From contig JABANN010000012.1 in NCBI GenBank assembly GCA_013115125.1, positions 62,001 to 126,000 on the forward strand: a stretch of 64,000 nt of DNA, read 5' to 3'. Below, piece after piece: positions 24,501 to 37,630 of this stretch. Numbering within the stretch: the stretch's first letter is position 1; the number at the start of each line of letters is the position of its first letter. Made by a program: the position numbers and the translations under genes. Origin of the DNA: Perkinsus olseni (taxonomy: Eukaryota). A model generated the notes under the pieces. The model was not told where the DNA came from. It made no database searches and worked only from the letters and a program-made list of their open reading frames with translations.

Positions 24501-27473
24501 CAAGATACCGCTCGGAGTTCTTGAAAAGCAGCTGATAAATCGCAACCTGCACTACGAAGATTGCTAACATCACGATGGAGAAGACGTCCACTGGTTTAGT
24601 GAGAGCAACCCAGAGTGTCCAGAAGAGGGCGATGTATACAGCCACACGGGAGATAGCGGTCCAATGCTCCCTCAGGAAGGCGCCGATAGGCGTTGAGGCT
24701 CTGTGAAGGTCATGGGCTGGAGGGAGCCGATTGGGGAGGATAGCCACGAGGAATATACATAAGTGGGCGATAGCCGGGACGAAAACGGTGGGGAAGGGGT
24801 CCAGAGAGAACGTGCTGTAGTTCCAGATGGCATACTCCATAGATACCGCACAGCATACCACAGAGGATAAGATGAGTGCCTGTGTGACAAGCTGCTTGAT
24901 GATGCCCTCGGGCTGCACTATCAGCACTAGAGCGAAGAACAGATAAATGAGAATAAAAACGTTACTCTCCCTGCTGACGGCCAACACGATCATCACGATG
25001 ATCAGGATGCACACGACAGCAAAGTCCGCGTGAGTGAGGACACGGCGAACAGTCTTCCATACGTACTGGGCAGTAGGGCCCTTCATCCACTTAGGAAAGA
25101 TGGGCTCCTCTTCATGGTGAGAATACTCGTCTCTAGCTCTCTTGGCCGAGCTGAAATGCCACTGCCAAATGGCCGCAAGAATACAAGTAAGCAAGAACTG
25201 CAAACTGATAGCCAGGAATCTCCAGCCAACCTGAGAGCCATCTCCGAAGTCGTAAAAGTGAAAGCCGACGCTCTTGAGGAAGAACGTGTGTCTACTAGTG
25301 GAGACCTCCTGGGCGAACGTCCACGGTATGCTGCACACTATGTTCAGTACCGTAAGAAAAGCTGCATAGCAGACAATGACACCAAAAACAACTTTTGTCC
25401 CCACTAGGTTCGGGAGGATAAGCAGACCGCACCCGGCAATCTGCAAAGGGGTTGCCAGAGTGCTAGGAATGACGACGGCCCAGCAAATCAATATCAGCGG
25501 CGCGCCGACACTGAGTGCTATGGTATCAAGGAAGGCGGTCCATGCACGCACCACCCAGGGGCGCTTTTTCTTCTCCATGCCACCACAAGAGGCGTGGCCA
25601 TTCTCTGCTGCTGACAGAACATCTTCGTCATCATGGTCGGCAGCAGAAGCCTTGCGAACTCGGTGGGTGAGGATGGAAGGCGACCTCTCCGAAGAAGTCG
25701 ATGTGCTAGGGGTGGGAAATGATCTACCTTCCCTAGACGGCCGAGGGGTCGACATCTCGACCGAGGTGTGACGTAAGGTCGGTAGCAAAAACCACTGCTT
25801 TGTCAAGGGCTCGTAGGGCTGGATGAACCACGGCAGCAAAGTGGCCTGCAGGACCAGCCCAGCCACGGAGAACAGCATGACGGAGAAGTTCATTTGAAAG
25901 CCGGGAGGGTTCACCGACTTGTACTCTTTGACCATCGGGGACCCGATCATTTGAGGTACCCACAACGTGGTGTTCATAGTGGATGCAACAGCGGCCGGCA
26001 GACTGAGCACGTACCTGATAAATGATTGAATGAGAGCCCTACTTAGCACAGCAGCGCATAGCGTGAGTTTGGGACGGGGTATGATCATCACACATCGCGC
26101 ATGACGCTTTAAGACTTACATCGTGAACCCCTGGCACCATGCATACGCGAGAATAGTGATCATCAGGTTCCTCTTGGATGCTTTGTGCACAGAGCTAGCT
26201 CGGGACTGAAGACAGCACGAAGGATGACCCGCCCAGTCTCTCAGGCCCATGGAGAAATTTCTCTCTCATGCCGAGCCCATCCATCTGTAGCAACCTATGC
26301 GTGAGGATGTGTGTGTTAATATCACGGCCTACAAACATCCCGCTGGTAATCGGTGCCTTTCATACTCTCAGTAACGGGCTAAATGATATCTCCGAGTTTC
26401 TAATGACTATTTCCGACAACGTAGCCCGGAAATCACTGAACGAGAAACAACAGAAGTTCCCAGGGCTTAACATTATCAAGAGACAATTCTTCCGTGAACG
26501 TCCTAGATACACGATCCCACCACCGCCAACATACCTTGGGCATGGCCCAAACATGAAGGCCGAGGAACAGAAGTGGTATATACGGCAGTGTTAGAAGGCA
26601 GGGCGACAATAAGATCTGCCAGGTCATGAGGAGGAACGTGATGATTGTTCGCGCCTGGGGGAACAGGAATGGCGCCCCAGCAGCGACAAGGCGTACAGCG
26701 CCGACGGAACATCATTCACTCGGAACAGCGGAAGCTTATGCTAGTCTAGCTCTCCACGACTGTTCACGTTGGTGAGAGGAAGAGCTTACCAGTGGTGGCA
26801 CACTAGACAGGGGTAATGAGAGCTTTTGGAGGGCCAATGGGTATAAATCGAAGCAATCCGGCAGCAGCAGGGCGAGGATGAGACCACCAACAACATACCT
26901 GAAAATGCGTAACTTCAGATCGAGAATTACGGAAGCTCTGTCTGTGCCGCGCTGAGGTAGATTGCTCCATAGTGATATCGTCTATAGCAGCCACACGAAT
27001 ACCCACTCTCGAGACATCCAACTTAGCTCACATCACCATCATGTGAAGGGAAGTCATAACAAGGAGGATGCTGCACTTACCATCCGATCTTCGACGATCC
27101 GAAGTAGATACTGGCGTACGTCGTCGAGTAGAGTCCCCCCTGCAGGGCCAGCATTACCTGAGGAACAGAGCAATGGAGCATCTAGGAACGGTTGACGAGC
27201 GGCATCCCGAAGGAACTTACAATGACAATGAATGCGAGAATCGAAATTATTGGTATGGGCCCAATCGATAGACGAGGCCAGGCTCTGTAGGCCAGCAGGC
27301 TAAGTGATATAAATAGGTACCTATACCCACAGCACGACTAATGATAACACTACAGCTTGGGCGTCGTACCCTATGCCAGGTACAGTGGAATCCTCTGTAC
27401 ACGATACGGCAATGACCATAGCAAAGACGGCCAACCCCAGTAGCGGCGGGATGGGTGACCGTAATGGGAGCAT
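18580..27473 (-). CDS. PIEZO: Piezo-type mechanosensitive ion channel
   Basis: 2503-aa multi-TM ORF with the Piezo PFEW-type motif IPFLQEVRTTVDW, the inner helix LGILGFYVTIIYAIGQFIR and the CTD YSEIPNP...LVKILRSPETLI. Extra small 5' exons run to a probable start MLPLRSPIPPLLGLAVF at 27473 (approximate). Confidence 0.92.
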
Positions 27474-27599
27474 ACGTCAGCAATCAGGTACCAAAAACAA
27501 TCCTACGGCAGCACTCGAATGAGAGCCCCTCATCAAGTGACGCAGCCGACGGGCCTCACTAGGCTGCGTTTGACCACGGCGTCCTAACCTAGTTCACTG

Positions 27600-30500
27600 C
27601 TTGCTCTCATTCTCGCTGTTCCCAAAAGAGCTTCGGGCGACTTCCTAGCCCACTATCACTCGAAAGCCTCGCTGTACGGTATCCCTCAAGCGGCTTTGAG
27701 CACCAGGGACCCAAATACTTGCCTCCCGCCCTCCCCGTCATGCAGCGCCCCTAGAAAGGACTTCAACTCAATCCCCAGTGACTCTGGAAACGTTTTGAAG
27801 AAAGGAACACAGTGGTATCATTCAGTGTTTCTAATATACGTAGTGCGTAGCCTTTGGAAGATCTATACACCGTCGAGCTGCCTGACTATATCCCCGGCAA
27901 CCCGGACCACCAGGTTAGCGTCGTCCAGCGCCAAGTCGGCTGCCTCTCTTAGGAAGCTCTGACCTGTGGAGAGACCACTTCAACCGTTCGGATCAGTCGC
28001 TAGCCCCTCATCAAACTCACATTGGTCACGCCAAACCCGCAACAAGGACTGCGATTCTCTATCGGACAGGTCGGCTTGCTCGATACTGGAGAGCTCGGAC
28101 TCGCCTGGAAGAAGACAAGCCAGCTGCCACGCTTGGAGATGCTTCGATCCCAGCTTACCAGTGAGAGCCTGTATCCCCTCAGTCTTGGCCAGGACAATCA
28201 TGAAGTCCGTGTCGCACCAGACGTCGACTCTGGAGGAGAGGGGGAAGCTTCGACCACACAGTGCCAACATCAAGGAGGATTCCAGTGGGGTTGGGATACC
28301 TGCGAGGTGGCACCGGAATGATAGACCACACCATCTCGAGCCCACAGAGGACCGACTTCTGTGATTGAGTGTCCAAAACGGACGATAAAGATCAAAGCTA
28401 CCATGCTATAGAGAGTTTTCTGTGGATTGAGAATCTGTAATCATCTCTGCTATACTGTGCATTTCTATCCTAGCACCGCTTTTCTCGAAAAGCCATCCAT
28501 CCTCCGAGCCAACTCGGCAACAGGGGAGAGCTTCGGTACCATTCTCGATCCTCTTCCTGAGATCAACTCTGGCCGACTCATGCCACTTCATCATGCCACC
28601 GTCCGCCATGGCACATCCAGAAGGATATGTCAACAAATTCATGCCGACTTGCCAAGCTTCTGACGACTCGGTGAAATCTCCTACGCGCTCGAGGACCTGT
28701 CACAAGCATCGTCCATGCACCCCGAGAGTCGCCACGCAGCCATCCCAACTGGGCGGCAGGTGAGGACGAGTCTGGCAACGGAACGTACGGACTCGATCGT
28801 AGGCTCAATACTGACTAGCGCCACTGGAAGCTCTCACTTTCCGTTGCCAACCACAACGCACCACGAGAGAGCCGCCATGCTTACCGCCATAGCCATGTCG
28901 CCCCATTGAAGAAGCGGCTGCGTCACTTCTCGATTCACCCTCTCCAACTCCGTGACTGTCTCAATAGACGCTTTCTGTAAAACGCTCATCGGAGTGCTGT
29001 TGTCCCAGGGGCCCTCCACCCCAACGCCATGCCACAGCGTTCCCAAAGCATCGGGGAATGTATCTGCTCAGGGCCATGGCGGCAGAGGGGCCATGGGATG
29101 TCTCCTCTTACCTTCTCCTGCAGCCCTCAGGCCTCTCGCAGCAGCCTCCTTATCCGACCGATATCGACATAGCGTGGCCCACACTTCCGAGGATACCCCC
29201 TCGGAATGTGAGACCAGTACAGAGAGCTCATCGACAGCCGGTTCTGAGCACCAGCAGATTCGTCGAACGCCAGTCACGCGACACCTGTACCCACCATCCA
29301 GGTCCAACAGGAAGAGTGCACGGCCGATATTGTTGAGGTCCCCCTTCGCCAGCAGCCAGTGGGAGACCGAGGGCTCCTTAGCAAGGCGACACACGGGAGC
29401 ATGGTCCTCGAAGGTCGTCGTCAGGAGCTCCAAGAGCTCAACCTGAACGAAGATACCCGTAGCGGAGGCTCATTTCAGTACACATACAGAAGCAGCTGTG
29501 ACGGCGTCATCGTTGGCAGCCTTATCCTCGACCTTCTGGACCGCAGAGTCGAGACAGTCCTCTAAAGATCGCTTGAAGGACTCCCGACTGAAGCGAGGTG
29601 ACACAGTGTAAACAATCGCTCTGACCAATACACGAGATCCCCGTCTGCAATGCCGGTAGATGCGTTGCCGGGAAACAAGACAAGCAGCATGAATTAGCGG
29701 CTTACCGTACCTTAGTCTTGTAAATACATATCATATGTTACCTTACTATTTATTATACATTACTAATATATACTATAATTTAAAATTATATTCGACCATA
29801 TCCTCATCAATATCGCCCTTTAAAGAACCAGAACTACATAATATTAATAGTGGGGAATTCACAGCATCACCAGGCCTTTAAAAATCGATTCCGTTGGGCG
29901 CACACCACTATAGAGGCCATCTCCATACCGTAAACGTGCGAGTGACAATAAGTAGACGCCACCGAGCATGGCAAGGTACCTGCTTACTTGTCGGACCTCC
30001 ACAATGCTTCTACCACCTTAAGAGCATGTAGGACTACCTCATCATCACCAGCACGCAGACACATATACCGAGAGAAGACCGGCAAGTACCTAAGCAGAGA
30101 GAGGTCTCTCATAGAAGGAACTCCCCTGCTCATGCTTTGTCACGAGGAGGACCAGGGTAGCCACGATGAAAGCCCGACTTACGATCGTATCTCCTCAGCA
30201 TCCATCGTGCCATCAGTGACACCCTTGGACCACCGATCGAGGCCAGCGCAGCACCAGTCGAGGTCGCTTTGCTTTGGCCTTTCGAGCCCTCCTAGTACTC
30301 TCATCGACCCAATCTAACACCGAGAGCTGTCGTATCAGCCAACACGGAGGCGCCACCCTACTTGTGATGCCCGGTAGTAGTCGTCTACGTTGGGTAGAAG
30401 CAGGGTGCACGTTGCAACCTGAAGAGAGGCGCAGCCCAGTGACTCCGAACGGTGACGGTGCCTCGGTTCAGAACAAGTACGAAGGTCAACGAAGAATAAG

Positions 30501-33058
30501 ACTATCTTCCAATTGAAGCATTTTTGAAGTATTCCACGAATACTTCAGCAGCGGCGGCACTGAGTACCACTTCAATCACATTCTCAAGGCGCCTAATTTC
30601 GTCGTTTAATGACGATCCTTCACCAGTATTACCCTGTAGGAATCAGCAGCAAAGTTGATGATGTCCGAGCATATGTCCTGAAGCTTTGGAGCCAATGGTA
30701 ATAGTAGTGATAAGATATGCGCCAAGGACACCACTGAAGGGGACTCCTTTTGTTCATCGACACGGAACTGACGATTCGACCCCGTCCGAAGTGTGTGCAG
30801 CTATCCTCCCGTACCATCTCCTGCTTGGCGATGTTCTCAAGGGAGATGAGGAACTCGGGTATATCAGCAAGGTCATTCGTGAACCTCGGGAACCGTACTA
30901 GCAGCTGTACTAGGGCGGCGAGCGCGGCGTGCCGTACCTGAAACCAGACTGCGGAATACCGGTCTCCCCAGTCGCGAGGAGCAATAGACAAACACTGTGA
31001 TGGTGACGAAACCAGCGAGAAGGTCAGAGTGGAAATGATGTCATTCGAAAACTCGCATGAAGAATCCCTCCTCCCGCTACTATGCAGGAAGCGAGATAGC
31101 ATTATTACATTGATATTAGCGTGCGAGACGGAGACAGCAAATCTGACGTGGACCTGCCGATGACGTATCCAGAGTTGGCTGACGTCCGAATCGTTCGCTA
31201 TGATATTTCCGAGCGTACCTGAACCGTCGTAAAGAGGTCAAGGTGCCTCACACTACGGTCCACTGTAGATTCCTAGCGCTAGCATCAGGGAATCCAATTC
31301 TCCCGAACAAGCGCTCTCTTCCCGTAACATACGTAAGGCGAGCTGCCGCTGTCCACCATTATTAGAGTCCGATAGCACCAGCAACTCCTGTACTGTATAC
31401 CCTGGTCTCCCAGGCTCCTCACCGTGATGGTACAGAATCTGTCGCCAACAGTGATAACCTCGGCTCAGTCCGGCTCACGAATGCTACAGGATCGTATCTT
31501 CCCTCGACGCCAGCGCTCCCTCGTTTGAGTTCATTGCCTTCGAAGTCGAATCTTCGTCCCTCAAAACTCTCATCCTCCGGTCGTGCCAAATCTTCCTCCT
31601 CCCCCACAGGCTCCATCCACTTCTGCTTGTCAATCTCCAGCTCATCCAATTCCAGACGGTTGCCAAACCTACTCGTAGACATGGCGCCTCGATCATCTTC
31701 AGCTCGCCCTACTACCCTAGATCCACTTCCCCTTCATACACGTCATCGCTCTCGACCCCCGCCGCTGCCTCCTGCCCCTGTCCAGAGATATCCGACTCCA
31801 GCTTCTTGCGCCCGCGCTCTTTCAAGAACTCAATATTTGAGGCACTGAACAAGCGTTGCACCTGAGATCCATCGCCACCAATTATTCATCAGATCTGGCT
31901 GGCTGCCGTACCTCCGCCATAGTCTCTTCCCGCTCTTCCCTAGTCATCCCCAGCACAGCCGCACTCGTGTCACCATCGACCGTAGCCTTAGGTTGTGGTG
32001 CTGGGGACGGCCGTGTTTCTTTTCTCTGTGCAAGAGGCACTCTCGAGGCTGCCAGCTTCTTCGAACGCCATGCTCTCAGCTTTGGTTTCGGGAAGCCCTT
32101 GCTGGTGCTGGCAGGGTCCGCTTGAGGCGGCGCGACGGGTGCTGTCAACTAACAAAGTGACGCCCATCAACACAGCGACAACAGACCGACATCGATTACA
32201 TCGGGATGTCGTTCCACAACACGATCATTCATAACACGGCTGAGTGGCACGTCTACTGACGACAGCTCCGCCTGCTGCTCGGCCTCGTGGGCCTTTGCGG
32301 GAGCATCATCTGCAACAAGACCGCCTTATCAACCGCCACAACTACTGCACGTGCCACTTGCGTAATGCGGTGAGGATATCAGTATACAGGATATCAGTAT
32401 CAGGATACACTGGGGGTTCTATGCAACAGGATGAAAGGCGACCGGTGAGCCAATATGCAGCTGGTTGCAGCGGAGAAAATACCACGTACCAATAATGATG
32501 CCAGGATGCCACATGCAAAAATGAGGCCACTATGCCACATGACCGCAGGAGCTGGGGCTGGTATTTGAGTCAGCAGCAACCAGTAATTACTCATCATCAC
32601 TGCTACAATTGTTCGATCGCTCTCGTGCCGCCGCGTGGCATAGTGGCTTCACTTTCGCATGACGCATTTTTTCGTCTAGTTCTGGATTGACGTAACACTG
32701 CAAGTACTGCTCCACAACTGGAGCGGCTACTTCGCTTCGCTATCACCTATTCACAACTTCCGCCTTCTACTGACCGAAATCTACCGCGGCAGCTCTACCA
32801 ACAACTAAAATCAATATGCCCACACCGAACCACGTGATAACAGGGTCCAGCTAGGTGTCACCATAGATGGATGATGCTGTCGAAACCTCACTAAGCCCTA
32901 TTACTACCCTCCTTGGTTCCCTCAGCAAAGGCCACAGCCTTCTTATTCTCCTGGCCGCCTACCCTCACGACAGTGGCTGCAGGCTTGTCACCGTTTATGA
33001 ACTCAGCCTGCTCTTTCAGTAGGTCCTCTTCTGACAGCCATGCTGGCTTCCGGGGCAT
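27600..33058 (-). CDS. RPAP1: RNA polymerase II-associated protein 1 (RPAP1/Rba50), multi-exon
   Basis: N-terminus MPRKPAWLSEEDLLKEQAEF, then VVER, GFPK, MTREEREETMAE, IDKQKWMEPV, RFDFEG and EPGRPGYTVQELLVL...QRQLALRML (RPAP1_N and RPAP1_C motifs). The 3' end is approximate. Confidence 0.85.
32506..32653. repeat. Dispersed ~145-bp repeat, copy inside the large first intron of RPAP1
   Basis: Aligns by eye with 61334-61470 (atgccacatgc..atgaggccact..agctggggctggtatt..agcagcaa.cagta..catcactgct..gttcg..gccgccgc..gtggc.tcact). Confidence 0.8.
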
Positions 33059-33241
33059 TCCAGTTCAATACTCAAACCAAGCTACGCTGCAGCGCCCTCA
33101 GCCCACTCCTTACTGTTGAACACAATCCAGTTAGTCATGTGAATCGATAACGATGGCTACGTTATGTGTTAGCGATGGAGTGGTATTAGTAATGAACAAC
33201 AACAGGTGGTGCTGGATGGTAATCCTAGAGTAAAGAAGCCG

Positions 33242-34954
33242 CTATTTGCCTCGATGGTAAATCTTTGATGTTAATCCTTCAATAATTCTCCGCAGTCCAG
33301 GGTTGGATATGCCTTGTGATAGACGGTCGATCTTGGCCTTCTCCTCCTCTTCAAACCTGAGACCATTAAGGAGCACTAAGAGTTCCATGCCCATGATTCA
33401 ATAATTTTACCTCTCGAAAGCCTGCTTAACGCCAGACTTAGTGAAAATAGACTTGACCTCGGCCACCTCTTCCTCTGCGGAAACAAGCGTGAACGACGAG
33501 CCTCTCAGGCGCATACTCACCAGTCTTGCTTCTCTTCTGATATAATTCATTTAATCGACTGAGCAAGGCTTTACTCTGACCTAAACACAGTACGATAAAC
33601 TTGACCTCTGCCCTGCTGCAACCCCACATGAGCCCTCCGTCTCCAACAACTCTCTAGCCTTGAGGAAAACGTACGAGCACTTGCTCTCGCTGATATCAGT
33701 GCCAACCTGATGGTGGTCGTGACACTCTCTGCCTAGGACCTCCATGACTACCTTCCCGATGACCTTCGGGTCAGCAAAAACATCCAGTATGTCGTCTTGT
33801 GCTTGAAAGTAGTTGCCAAGGGTGATGCAGGCCTGACAGCTGACGGGTTGCGAGAGGACCATGTCGCCACAAGGTGGACCTCTTTAGTCCGCTGATAATC
33901 TGGGTCATCCTTAGGGAACCGTGCCATGGCCATTCCCAACGCAACTGGTAGCCAGAAGGAGTAGTAGGCCGTCTTGTAAGCTGTTATGGCCCAGTATCTA
34001 AGCTCGATCATGAGCACCCACGGCCTGCAGCCCTCTAAGACCTCTCCATAGTGTACCGCGACAAGTCCACAGTGACATCCTCCGGACGAACTGAGTTGAG
34101 GTCAAGATGCTGACCAACGATCGTCCGAAGTGTTATATCGTGACAAAGTCGCATAACCTGAGAAGGGGGGCCGTCCAAGGCGTCGCAGTCCCGCCAACCT
34201 ACCGAGAGTTTGATCTCGGGATCGAAAGTAGTAGCTTCAATTAGGAGGGTATAAACGGCATTTTCTATGAACACAACGTCATTGAGTGAGTTGGGCATGG
34301 AGACCTCCGGCAACTTGTACCAGCAAGTACTGAAGGAGAGGCAACACTCATCGCGTGATGATGAAGCATCGTCCCGTACCTCCCCCGACGGGTCTCAGAC
34401 TGATCCATGACGTCGTCGAACATGAGGAAACTGGCTTGCAAAAATTCAACACCCCAGCCGATGGTGATGGCATCCTTAACATGGTCACAAAACTCTCCGC
34501 AAAGAGCCACGTATCTTTTACACCGAGAGTTGCCAGGATCGAGCTAAGATTCGCCTTACGTTGCCACCACAGTCATGCCTCTGGTCATCTTGCCTCCCAA
34601 ACAGTTGTAATTTATGCACTTCTCAAAATAATTACAAACCTGTCAAAAAATTATCAGGGCTTGGCTCGACGTAATACCACAACATGACCGCAAAATCGGG
34701 ACACCTACACCAACATGAACGTCATCATCAGCGCCAAGGCCACCCTCCGTCAAATAAGAGCCGATGCCCCGTAAAACGGTATCCCGAACCTGGTCAGAGG
34801 AAATCAGAGGACTCCCATTCTGGCCACGTAGTACTCCAGGATAAGCATCTAAAAACATCTGCCGCGTCGAGTCAGCATGCACAGGGGAAAACAGTGCCGC
34901 CGCTGCCGTTGCTGTTACCATAATCAAGCTGCTGATACCAGCTTGCATGCTCAT
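33242..34954 (-). CDS. FPPS: Farnesyl/geranylgeranyl diphosphate synthase (multi-exon)
   Basis: GWGVEFLQASFLMFDDVMDQSETRRG (FARM), GQHLDL, YKTAYYSF, LGNYFQAQDDILD (SARM), GKVGTDI and C-terminal KIYHRGK*. Confidence 0.93.
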
Positions 34955-35152
34955 CGCTGGTACCAACTCTAACCCGAATCCCCGTTCGATGGCCCCGCGA
35001 CACTTCCCTTCATGAGAACTCAACACTACAGCTTGCTAGAGGGTGGCTGCTCAGTCTGGCGCTGAGATCAGCAGGGGTGATAATAGTGAAGGGAGTAGTG
35101 TTACATAGTATGATAACAGCAGCAAAGAGAGACGTCAGCTGTCATTAACCAC

Positions 35153-37630
35153 TCAAGAACGTCGACGGGACTTTCGCTCATCCTCACGGTCGTCTGAGAA
35201 GACAACGATAGACAACAACAGTAGCCATCTGAGTTCATTAGCACCTCCACGAGATCTCTTGCTTGACTGTGACTTCTGCTGCTGCTGGGGTTCATCATCG
35301 TCATCCAAGAGGCCCGACAGTCCGAATTGGTCCTGGACTCCAGCCGCTTCGAACTGCACCGGTGCTTGTCGTTGGTACACCTGAAGATCCCCTGTGACCC
35401 ACGAGCAGCAGCCGTAGACCCGCCTTACCGCTGCAGCACTGTTGCTGCTGCCACCAGCCTTCTCCTCGGCCCGGTCGTACTCCTCACGGGCCTGTTCTAG
35501 ACGCTTAGCGTCATATTGATAGATCTTGTTAGCCGAGGATCGATCTGATCGCACGCCCGGACAGCGATGAACAACCACACACCGGCGTCACACTGGCGCG
35601 TCACATCAGCAGCAGCGCCGTCCCCCCGCCTACCCGCGAAGAGCCTGGTATCATACACGTTATTGGCACCATCATCATAGAACCCAGAATCCAGACCCCC
35701 ACTCTGGTTAAAGAGCCGGGCATCGTACTGCCCTTCACCCTTCGAGCTCGGTTGGACCTGATCACAGCACCGATCGCCACCCACCAGCGATAACGAGAAG
35801 CATTGCCTGTTTGCCCAGGGCGATGAGCTCGGAGATGTCCCGTTCCTCGTCCCTGTCTCGGCCCTGTTTGTTGCGTCCAGCCTTCTCCATACGGTGCTCC
35901 CGCAGAGTCTCTCGCATGACCTCAGCACGAGCCTCGTCCTGCTTCCGGTAGTCTACCACAACACACTCGTCACACACCGCTGCAGTGGTGACCCTACCCT
36001 CAACTTCCTCCCGGCCACTTCTGCCACCAGCAAAGGCGTTGGTGCGGGACCTCCGTGCCTTGGCTGCCAAGTCACGAAGCTTCTGCTCCTCACTCTCCTG
36101 AAGGGTTCCGAGATCTCCATCGGTATTCCAACCAGGGTTGCGGGTACTTGTTCGCGTGTTGCCTTCTGCTTGGCCAGCTCATTCCGGATCCTGATCTCCT
36201 GTCTAGCCTTAGTCTCTGCGATATAGAGATCCTCAGCGAACTGTGCATGCCTCTCGGAGACCGTCACATCCTAATAACACATCAGCAACGATTTGGAGAC
36301 TCCAAACGAACTCTCCCAAAGTCGGCGCGCTCCTAATGGCAGCTTACAGTACCGGATAACCCACTCATGGGGGAGAGTCAGCTACGAGATAGAGAGTGGG
36401 CGTTAGTTTAGGTAGAGGGACAAAGAACATACCCTTGACCTCAGCTGTCCCAACGCCTACCACAGTTGGAAGCCTCCCGTGTCCCAACTACTACCTGCAA
36501 ACCTCTGCCATCCGCAGCAATACGCTTATCCAAAGGGATGACATAACCCTTAGCGTTCTTCCAGTTACTCACGCACGGTGGAATCTTCCACATCTGATCG
36601 ACGCAAGAGGATTAACGCTGCCTAACGATGATCGTGGTGTGGGTCCTACGGCCTGGTCCTCCTTCGTCAACTTTTTTGGAGGAGATCGTAGCACGGGCGG
36701 CGGGGGCTCGCTAGGGGCTGAAGGGGAGCAGAAGGCAATCAGCAGCACTGCTGATTCAGTCCGGTATCGACGAAGTCAGTCCAGACGTTCTATTAAGAGC
36801 GCCAGTGATCCCTATTACGGGCAGGAACTTTGTGATGGCGGAACTTCGGTGGCTCCATGGGGTCCTTCTGGACCTCGACCACCTTGATGACCCTCTGCTT
36901 GATGTTAGGGTTACGACCAGGAGCGTCCTTACTCGGAGTGTACCTGACAGGACCACCACCCCATACACATATCCGAAAATCCGTTGCCTCGCTATAAAAA
37001 CGCCTGCATCGTGGCTACTGCTGTGAACTGGTTTGTAGGCGACGCTTGCTAGGGAACGCTAGGTTCGCCAGAGAACGCACTCGCAAGGATACCCTCATTC
37101 CTTCTGTCAGTATTACCGTAGATACTGAGCATTGGCCAGTTTCCTCTGAGCATCGTTGGCTCCCGATAGATGCTGTCTGGTCGTATCAGCCTGTCCGATG
37201 CGTTGGGCCAGGACAGCTGAGAGACGGCCATTCCCTCACAGCCCACGACCGCCCTCCTCCCTTATCACCTTCCAGAGCACTGCGAGTATCATCCGTATTT
37301 TTCTTCAGCTCTAGAGCATCGGGCCTGTCCAGACTGGTCTCAGGAGTCCATCGCTCCTTGAGGTCGCCTAAGGGTGAAGATACCCTCATACGGGAGGTCA
37401 GGGCTATTACCAGGTTTATGCTGGTGTCGTGCCAAGGCCTGCTTGATGGAGTTGTCAGACGCTCTTACTATAGACATAGTGGAACAGAATGACGCCGCGT
37501 TGCTGGTTGGAGGGAAGAGGCAAGGTTCGTCGATTACAATGGCGTGCGCGATTGATCAGCGCAGTTTGCGCACGACGTGCAGGTGCCAAAATCCTGTCGA
37601 GTCGATCATCACACTAGAGGTCTCATAGGC
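35153..37630 (-). CDS. SNW1: SNW-domain splicing factor SKIP/Prp45 (multi-exon)
   Basis: [81 protein letters not shown] and PVQFE. The start is approximate. Confidence 0.92.
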
